Source: Minisyncoccia bacterium (GTDB lineage: Bacteria; Patescibacteriota; Minisyncoccia; Phycocordibacterales; CALRBL01). Taken from it: a DNA stretch of 50,208 nucleotides. The stretch is taken from contig JBBRNV010000006.1 in assembly GCA_038230075.1 (NCBI GenBank), forward strand, positions 1 to 50,208. The letters run 5' to 3'. Shown here in pieces: positions 41,087-48,764 of the stretch. Under the pieces are notes generated by a model, which had not been told where the DNA came from, made no database searches, and worked only from the letters and a program-made list of their open reading frames with translations. The first letter of the stretch is position 1. Each line of letters begins with the position of its first letter. Position numbers and translations under genes: made by a program.

Positions 41087-41805
41087 GTTATTTTATTATT
41101 ATTATTAAGTAAGATCGTCACTTCATATAATATCACAAGTGGAAGTGACATTATTACTAATGATAATCCATCGGTTGGTGGAAGTAAAGATACGAAACAA
41201 AAGGTTAGAAAGTGGGCCAATTTACGTTTATCTTTTAAAAATTGAACCTCAATAATATTGAATCTAAGCAAAATTGTAATTATTATTGGAAACTCAAACA
41301 GCACCCCAAGTAATGTAGCAGTTAAAAACATTTGTGAAATAAATTCTGTAATATCCCAGATATTTTGAATGCCAATACTAATATTAACTTGAGCCAATAA
41401 CTCAAGGGCATAATATAAAACAGCGAAGCCATATAAAAAACCAAATAAAAATAAACCAACACTGTACGGCACCGATCTTAAAAGAACATTTTTTTCTTTC
41501 GAAATGAGTGCGGGTGAAATGAATGAATACACAGTATAAATTCCGTATGGAATACAGACTACAAGCGCAACAAAAAAACCTATGTCCATAGCAAGGTTTG
41601 CAAATTGAAATGGTGATGACACTGCAATAGTTACTCCATCAATATGAAATTCACCTATGACGAATTTAAGTATTCGAGCCGCACCGAAAAAACCCGTAAT
41701 AAATAAAACACTAAATAGAATAACGACCCTGTATAAGCGTTTTCGAATATCTTCGAGATACGGCATGAACCTATTTGCCTGCTCTTCAAGATGTTCTAAG
41801 TCCAT
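41080..41805 (-). CDS. tatC: twin-arginine translocase subunit TatC
   Basis: About 6 TMs; YLEDIRKRL, FISPAL..KEK, FEFP, PPTD..S..P..LYE. Confidence 0.93.
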   Translation of the reverse strand: MDLEHLEEQANRFMPYLEDIRKRLYRVVILFSVLFITGFFGAARILKFVIGEFHIDGVTIAVSSPFQFANLAMDIGFFVALVVCIPYGIYTVYSFISPALISKEKNVLLRSVPYSVGLFLFGFLYGFAVLYYALELLAQVNISIGIQNIWDITEFISQMFLTATLLGVLFEFPIIITILLRFNIIEVQFLKDKRKLAHFLTFCFVSLLPPTDGLSLVIMSLPLVILYEVTILLNNNNKITC

Positions 41806-41828
41806 TAAAAGATTATACCGTAATTGTT

Positions 41829-42938
41829 CTAGTTCTCTGTACTACTAGCCGAAGGTGTTGAAGTAGAAGTTATTGGATCAACAATTGGATCAACTGGAGT
41901 GATGATAATTGGTGTTGTTGAGGCCGTTGTTCCAGTGGCATCCCCTCCTGAAATTGGCACGGGGTTAATTGGATTAGGATCAATAACTGGAGTGGTTGAA
42001 GTTGACGTTGTAGTAGAGGTTATAGGGTCAAAAATTGGAGTTACTGGAGTAGATGTTGCAGTAGAAGTAGAAGTTGAGGTTGAGCTTCCACTTACAGGAA
42101 CAACAACTGGTGGAACAGGCGCAATTGGAGTAACCGGGATAGTTGGAGTGCTTGAAATCGGCGTTGATGTTGAGATGGTTTCTGTTGCCACAGGAGTTGT
42201 GCTCGTTGCAAATAAAGAAGTATCTATTGATTCCGGTTCTTCAATAAGGTTTTTATCAACAAAAGTCAACGCAGTAACTACCGGGAGCGCATCTATTTTA
42301 TTAATTCGATGACGATTAAGCCAATCTGCAACCGCGAGTACTCCTTCTGTCCATGAACTATAGGTTCGAGTTGCTGAACCAGTATTGCCAACATTTCCTG
42401 GGTTATATGTTGAAACCGCAACTCCTGCAGTTCCAAAACGAGAATCAAGTTCCATAAGTGCTATTAACAAACGACAATCTACTGAGTACTGCACAGCCGC
42501 AGATAAAATCATAGCGCCGGTAAGTGGGCTTCCAATTGCCTCGCTGTCTATATATGCGTCAATATCAGCAGCCGTGTCCATTCCACCCATCACCATTAAA
42601 ATATCGGCAATTTTTTGTTCGTGTAAAGGGTCGGTGGCATAGGGAGTAATGTCGTACTCGCTCATACATCTAGTAGGATCTAATGGAATAGTTTGAGCGA
42701 TTTTTGTATTTTCAATTCCATTTTTAACAACATCATTTAAAGACGAGTTAATCTCACTCGCACTCGACATTGCTTGTAACAAAATTCTAAGTTTGGACAA
42801 TGTTTCTTGAACACCGAGTACTTCAGTATCGAGTTTATTAATCGCATCTAAATCACCCGAATTAAAATGCTGAATTTTAGCATTGTTTAAAATGATTAAT
42901 TTATTTTCGAGGAGTTGTATTAAATATTCGACATTCAT
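41829..42938 (-). CDS. fusion of N-terminal helical hairpin, lysozyme/glucosaminidase-like domain and Thr/Pro-rich tail; no signal peptide
   Basis: AAVQYSVDCRLLIALMELDSRFGT..YNPGNV..YSSWTEGV resembles the lysozyme-fold glucosaminidase/SLT core. Confidence 0.7.
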   Translation of the reverse strand: MNVEYLIQLLENKLIILNNAKIQHFNSGDLDAINKLDTEVLGVQETLSKLRILLQAMSSASEINSSLNDVVKNGIENTKIAQTIPLDPTRCMSEYDITPYATDPLHEQKIADILMVMGGMDTAADIDAYIDSEAIGSPLTGAMILSAAVQYSVDCRLLIALMELDSRFGTAGVAVSTYNPGNVGNTGSATRTYSSWTEGVLAVADWLNRHRINKIDALPVVTALTFVDKNLIEEPESIDTSLFATSTTPVATETISTSTPISSTPTIPVTPIAPVPPVVVPVSGSSTSTSTSTATSTPVTPIFDPITSTTTSTSTTPVIDPNPINPVPISGGDATGTTASTTPIIITPVDPIVDPITSTSTPSASSTEN

Positions 42939-42961
42939 ATAGATTTATATTTTAAAATGTT

Positions 42962-45900
42962 TTAATAAAAGAGTAATTGCTTAAAACATTCTTGGAATGA
43001 ATGACGATTGAGCCATAAAAACTTTAATCCGTCAGAAGTTTCAAATATTTCCATTCTGTTTCCAACGATTGCGGTACCCGCAACATATGGGTACTGTGAT
43101 CCTCCATGAATAAGAATTTTATCTATATCGAAATAATATACACGCTGTGTTACTTGGGGTGTAAAGTAAATTCTATCTGCCCCATCGTATGCATACATTG
43201 CGCCTGTAGTTAATCCTTCAAAGTTAGGTGTTGGTGTTAAAAATTCCCACTTATCAGTACGCAGATCGAGACGGTCGAATCCAGTTAAGTTACCTCCTCG
43301 AGCTTGAATAAGATATGAACCTCGTCGAGTTAAGTCATTCTGTCCAAAATTCCACGAAATACCTGTTCCCGCACCTCTCACAGGTTGCTGTAAAATAGTA
43401 TAGCCCGTAACTCCACTAACAGGAGTAGTAATTGCAACAGTTATTGTGTTGAAACTACTTACAGTACACGTTGCCTCTAAATAGTTTACAGCATTTCCCG
43501 ATGTTAATTTAATTCTTCGGTTAACCCATTGGTTAGGAAACCAAAATGAGGCCTGAACAGTGGCATTTGATAATGCAATTGCAGGAGTTGTTGTAACTGT
43601 AAATTGAGTAGCACTTAAAATTGAAGCAACCTGAACTGTTGTTAAGTTTGTACCGCCGTTTGCCACAAAGGCACCTGACGATGGAACAAATGATGACATG
43701 TTAGTAGCCGAAGTAACTCCAACATACATTCCTGGTGATAATCCAAGTGTACTATATCCAGCAACCGTAACTGTTGTGCCCGAACTACTACACGTTGCCT
43801 GAAAAGATAATGTAACGGCTCCAGTTGAACCTCCGAAGGTATTTGAAAGCGTTACAACTGAGCCTGAAATACTAGTCACTGTTGTTGGGTTTGCCAAAGT
43901 AGCAGTACCTGCCGTAACGGCAACTAACATTCCCGGATAGATGTTTGTAATAACACTGGCTGTAATTGTATTTGCACCGTTTGTTCCTGTTCCTGTAATA
44001 CCAGCAACAACTGCCGGAGTGGCCCAACTTTTTGTAACATCAGTAAGAACGGCTGCACTCTGAACTCCAAGTGCCAGCCCTGAATCCGAACTACCTATTA
44101 CATTTTTAAATACTGATGTTGATGGAGCTGTAATAACATATCGCGAAATTCCCTGAACAGGTGCCGCACTGTGTGCAGCTGCAAAAATAAGTGTATTTGC
44201 AGTATTAGCCAAAACATATGCCGACAAAATTGTTGGTTGAAGGTTTGCTACGGTAAATTGAGTTGAGTTATACGTAACCATACAACCCACCCACTGGTTT
44301 GGTATCCAGTTTTTGTTTGCATCAACAAGCTGAGTTGTAGATTGTCCATACACAACCATTGGTCCACTGGCACTCACGGTGTATGTGTATTGGTTTGAAG
44401 TTCCTGGAAGTGGAGTAACTGCAGCTGTTATGTTTGTATTAGTTGCACTAAATCCTGTATCCCCTCGATGCACAATATTTTGTCCTGTTTTAAATGTATG
44501 ACTGTTAACTGTGGTTACTAATTGTTTAGTTGTAACAATTTGAATATTTCCCTGGACTGTAATACTTCCTGAAGGAGTAACAGTTGGAACATACGACACT
44601 GAGCCAGCACTTGAAGCGGTAACCGTTTGAACTCCGTTATACGTTCCAGGCGTACAACCAGAAACCACAATTTGTGATGCTACGGGATATATCGTATTTG
44701 AACACGTAAGTGTTGCAGTAGTACTTGCCATCGAACCTCCTGTTGTTGCTTGTGCTACTTGTTGAATATAACCAACTGTTGTTAAGTTTCCTGTTGCTGT
44801 TCCAACAAACGCAACAGACCCAGATGAAGATGCGGTAATTGCAAATGTACCGTTATAGGCTACTGGCACACAACCAACAATAGTAACTGATGTTCCTACA
44901 CCAAGTGTGGCAGTTGATCCAAAGGTAATTGATTGTGCTTGCGCTACGGTTCCAGCAACTGTTTGTGGACCAGCAGTAGCGTTTAGATATGAGACTGAGT
45001 TTGCAGTTGAAGCAGTTACTTTATATGTTCCGTTAAATCCAGCAGGAGTAACTCCGACAACGGTTACATATGTACCTACCACAAATGGCGCTCCACTGTA
45101 GTTAATTGTTGCAGTACCAGCTGAACTCGCGGCCGCAGTTGTTGCAACTGCAGTTGTTACTCCAACGGCTCCTGTAATTAATTGAACTGGAACTCCCGCA
45201 GAAATAGCATGTGCCTGATAATCTGAAAATTGTGCAGATACTCCACGAGCAACACCTGCTTCGTATTGGCGACCAATTGTTATCATATCCGCATCGAGGT
45301 TTTGAATAAAAATAGGTGTTTGACCGGCCATACTGAAATACACCTTATCGGCATCTCCGTGAATTGTGTATATAGAAGTTGAGTCTGGAACTGTTGTCCA
45401 CGCATTAGAAACTAAAAGTGTATTAATACCAGCTCCTGTAACTACTGTTGATCCACCTGACAATGGAATAGTTGGAACGTCTGACACAGTAAATGTAGTT
45501 CCATTTGTAATTGATGTGACCGTTGCTCCGTATATAAAAGAACCGACACCGGCTGTAATGTTTACCACCATTCCAGCTACCAATCCTGTTGTATCTGTAA
45601 CGGTTATCACCAATCCTGAACTAGTAGCTCCTGCGGCTGATATATAGGTAACAGGACCAGGAACTGTTCCTATAATGTTTCTTACTTGTCCAATACCTAA
45701 ACCAGACTTAATTCTAACTTGTTGCCCGTTCCATCTACCTGATGTCCAATATTTTGAACTGTCAGATATTGAAGTGATACCCGTCCCTGTAATACTTGTA
45801 CTTGCAACTATTTGCGAAGGAAATACTCGATATGTTCCTGCACCGCCACTTTCACCTGTTAATTGTTCTATTATTACCGTTTGATATGGCTGACATGTAA

Positions 45901-47677
45901 CAATATTGGCACCGGAAAGTGCTACGGTTGGTGGTGCCGAAAGTGTAAAAGATGATGACGAATCGACAGACAATACATACGTACCTGCGGTAATTGTTCC
46001 TGTACCTCCAGTAACTGACACAAACATTCCTGGCACAAGCCCTGTAGTGTTTCCACTACCCAATGTTATTTTAGGACCGTTTGATGTTGCGGCAGATGTT
46101 GCAGTAGCGTATGCAGTGGCAAACTGTAATGTTGCAGCAGAAAGTGCAACAGTTACTGATGCAGAAAGTACTACGGTAGTAGCAGTAACAGATGCAACGG
46201 TGGTGTTTGCAGGAATGGTTCCAGCTCCTGCAACAAGAGTTACTATCATTCCCGCAACAATTCCTGTAGTACTACCTGCTGCAATGTTTACCGTTGTAAC
46301 AGTACCTGTTGTAAAACATGCAAGTGCAGCCGATGTAATAACAGCTGTAGTTTGAACTCCTGTTCCATTTAAAATTTGGCCTGGATAGTACGCACCAGTA
46401 GTTGTCCCTGCGGTAAATACCGTTCCATTTATGGTTCCTGTAGAAACTCCAGTTTGAGTATTTTGACCTGCCGTTGAAGCAGTTCCCACATCAAATCCGT
46501 CAATAAAATATCGTGATGTACCGTCGGGGGCTGTTCCTGCTGATATCCACGTTAGGGTGTTAGCCGTATTTGAAGTAATTACTCTTGTTTGGCCTTCAGC
46601 TGTTCCTGAAAAGATTCGCACGTAGTATCCAACCCATTGATTTGTGGTCCAACTTTTTGTTGTATCTTGAAGTGTTGTTGTTGAATGTGTACCGAGCGCT
46701 ATTCCTCGTTCCCACACACACGCATTTTCTCCTGTGGCTTGTGAGTTAACCTCAGTTCCAACTGCAGTAACAGGACTTGTTGCAGCACCCGCATTTCTAA
46801 CATACCAAGCATCGGCAGCGATATCGTAATACTGCAATGTAAATGTTGCACCTGAACTATTTAACCAAATACCTCCAGATCTAACTACAAACCTACTTGT
46901 TTCATCGGGTTGTACTAGCCAGTTTGAATCAACGGTAATTGTAGAAGACTCAATTTGATATAACGAACCGACAGCAGCAATAACAAGTGTTGACCCAGCA
47001 GTTGTAACAATTGGTGACCAAGCAAATTGTTCTTCAGCAAATTTTGCAACGTCGGCAAACACAAGCGTAGTTGATGTATTATATAAAATTTTACGAATTT
47101 GAGATTGACCACTGGCTGACAAAAAACGAACTTGATATCCAACCCACTGATTAATAACCCAGTTTTTGTTTGCATCGGTAACTGAGTTTTGAGGAGATGC
47201 AGCAACCGCAGTAAGAGTTCCGTTATCGGCAATCACAGGGTTTGATACGTCAGTGATAATTCGTTGCTGACCATCCCCTGTTCCACCAATAATTCTAATA
47301 TCGAATCCAACAAGAGTTTTTCCTGCCAAAGCTGATGTTTGAAGCGTATTTGTTCCACCAGAAATTACTCTTCCGAAATAACCCTTTCCTCCTGCAAAAG
47401 TCATTGCACTATAAGTCGCAACAGGGATAGGAGGGATAGCTAAAAGTTGATATGTATCTGAAATTGTATCGTACCTAAAAAACCCACTTGAACCAGTAGT
47501 TGTGGCTGTGGTTGTTGATGTTTGTAAGTAATAAATGTAGCGTCCAAAACTAACATGGTACAAAGAGTTATCCGCAGTACATGTTGAACTAAGAGCCGAA
47601 GAGACTCCAGGTGCTAAACGACACCATTCCCATACGGGTATATCAACTTGGTTTTTTAGTGTGTTTGTAAGTGCCAT
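42962..47677 (-). CDS. 1571-aa T/S/G/V-rich repeat protein, tail-fibre/adhesin-like, with putative split beta-propeller; no signal peptide
   Basis: About six D.xKxW..NQWVG..V.I.SG..GQ.R.I..NT..TL repeats; TGLVxGMxV beta-barrel repeats; Kelch-like RYDT..D.Y, YYDI..DAW, RLDL..DKW blades. Confidence 0.75.
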   Translation of the reverse strand: MALTNTLKNQVDIPVWEWCRLAPGVSSALSSTCTADNSLYHVSFGRYIYYLQTSTTTATTTGSSGFFRYDTISDTYQLLAIPPIPVATYSAMTFAGGKGYFGRVISGGTNTLQTSALAGKTLVGFDIRIIGGTGDGQQRIITDVSNPVIADNGTLTAVAASPQNSVTDANKNWVINQWVGYQVRFLSASGQSQIRKILYNTSTTLVFADVAKFAEEQFAWSPIVTTAGSTLVIAAVGSLYQIESSTITVDSNWLVQPDETSRFVVRSGGIWLNSSGATFTLQYYDIAADAWYVRNAGAATSPVTAVGTEVNSQATGENACVWERGIALGTHSTTTLQDTTKSWTTNQWVGYYVRIFSGTAEGQTRVITSNTANTLTWISAGTAPDGTSRYFIDGFDVGTASTAGQNTQTGVSTGTINGTVFTAGTTTGAYYPGQILNGTGVQTTAVITSAALACFTTGTVTTVNIAAGSTTGIVAGMIVTLVAGAGTIPANTTVASVTATTVVLSASVTVALSAATLQFATAYATATSAATSNGPKITLGSGNTTGLVPGMFVSVTGGTGTITAGTYVLSVDSSSSFTLSAPPTVALSGANIVTCQPYQTVIIEQLTGESGGAGTYRVFPSQIVASTSITGTGITSISDSSKYWTSGRWNGQQVRIKSGLGIGQVRNIIGTVPGPVTYISAAGATSSGLVITVTDTTGLVAGMVVNITAGVGSFIYGATVTSITNGTTFTVSDVPTIPLSGGSTVVTGAGINTLLVSNAWTTVPDSTSIYTIHGDADKVYFSMAGQTPIFIQNLDADMITIGRQYEAGVARGVSAQFSDYQAHAISAGVPVQLITGAVGVTTAVATTAAASSAGTATINYSGAPFVVGTYVTVVGVTPAGFNGTYKVTASTANSVSYLNATAGPQTVAGTVAQAQSITFGSTATLGVGTSVTIVGCVPVAYNGTFAITASSSGSVAFVGTATGNLTTVGYIQQVAQATTGGSMASTTATLTCSNTIYPVASQIVVSGCTPGTYNGVQTVTASSAGSVSYVPTVTPSGSITVQGNIQIVTTKQLVTTVNSHTFKTGQNIVHRGDTGFSATNTNITAAVTPLPGTSNQYTYTVSASGPMVVYGQSTTQLVDANKNWIPNQWVGCMVTYNSTQFTVANLQPTILSAYVLANTANTLIFAAAHSAAPVQGISRYVITAPSTSVFKNVIGSSDSGLALGVQSAAVLTDVTKSWATPAVVAGITGTGTNGANTITASVITNIYPGMLVAVTAGTATLANPTTVTSISGSVVTLSNTFGGSTGAVTLSFQATCSSSGTTVTVAGYSTLGLSPGMYVGVTSATNMSSFVPSSGAFVANGGTNLTTVQVASILSATQFTVTTTPAIALSNATVQASFWFPNQWVNRRIKLTSGNAVNYLEATCTVSSFNTITVAITTPVSGVTGYTILQQPVRGAGTGISWNFGQNDLTRRGSYLIQARGGNLTGFDRLDLRTDKWEFLTPTPNFEGLTTGAMYAYDGADRIYFTPQVTQRVYYFDIDKILIHGGSQYPYVAGTAIVGNRMEIFETSDGLKFLWLNRHSFQECFKQLLFY

Positions 47678-47710
47678 ACAATGTTTTTTAAAAAAATCAG
47701 CAAAGTCTGA

Positions 47711-48616
47711 TTATGAGAATGTTAATTTACTTCTAATACTATTTGCAAATGCATTTCGGGCTACATCTTGATACATTTGTTGGTTTTGGCCAGCAATAGT
47801 TGCGACGTTAGTTAAACTACCGATTACCGCAGCACTCGCAACCAATGCCATAGCCGAATCGGAAGCAATTGTTATTCGAGGAGTTCCTGCTCCAGTACCT
47901 ACTCCAGTAAGTAATGTTGTGTTGGTTCCAAAACTATCAACGTTTACTTTTTGTCTACTTGCAGCATCTACAACCGCTTGAGATTCCATCAACTTTACGA
48001 TTCGTCTTAAGTATATAACTGAATCTTCAGTTGCTGGATTAACACGAGCTTCAACAGTATTTAATATACCGACATTACTTGCCCCTGCGCTTCCTCCAGT
48101 AGTAACCACTTTCAAGTTATTACTTACGTCAAATTGAAATTTATCAGATGTTGTTTTAATACCTGATAACGTAGTTTCTGTTGCAAAATCTTTGGCCGTA
48201 AGCGTTGCGAGGGTTGTTTGAGTAGCGAAATCTTTTGCAGCAACAGTGGCAAGTGTAGTTTGTGTAGCAAAGTCCTTTCCAGCAATCGTTGCCAAGTTTC
48301 CATCTTCTTTTGCTGGATTAATTCGAGCATTAGAAGCGTCTTTCATTCCAACAACTCCAGTAGTTGGTGAGCTTCCCACAACGAGCGCGCTTGCACTTTT
48401 AGGAAAAGCGGCTAATGCTACCGCTCCCAAACCAGCACCCGTAAGCACGGTGAGGAACATTCGCTTACCAGCATCTCTTACTTCACTCGTTGTTGAATCA
48501 GATTGATTTGTATTATTTTCTAATGAAGTGACAAAATCAGAAACAACATTACTGTGATTAGAATTTCTTGCTTTGTTTCTTACCAAAAGAAATGATTTAG
48601 AATTGGGCGCAAACAT
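47711..48616 (-). CDS. Tat-signal protein (variant K-R motif) with 14-aa repeats
   Basis: GKRMFL (48452-48469), Gly/Ala-rich h-region, ASA cleavage at residue 77; KDFATQTTLATxxA repeated about three times. Confidence 0.75.
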   Translation of the reverse strand: MFAPNSKSFLLVRNKARNSNHSNVVSDFVTSLENNTNQSDSTTSEVRDAGKRMFLTVLTGAGLGAVALAAFPKSASALVVGSSPTTGVVGMKDASNARINPAKEDGNLATIAGKDFATQTTLATVAAKDFATQTTLATLTAKDFATETTLSGIKTTSDKFQFDVSNNLKVVTTGGSAGASNVGILNTVEARVNPATEDSVIYLRRIVKLMESQAVVDAASRQKVNVDSFGTNTTLLTGVGTGAGTPRITIASDSAMALVASAAVIGSLTNVATIAGQNQQMYQDVARNAFANSIRSKLTFS

Positions 48617-48764
48617 AAATAATATATTTATTAAATTGTAACATATTTATATTTCAACACACAAAGTATATTTTCAAGTTTGAGAGAACTTTCAGCAACA
48701 GAATGAAACTAATGCCTGATTATAGTATACTATTTTCAACAGAGAGATCACTTATTTTTATTAT

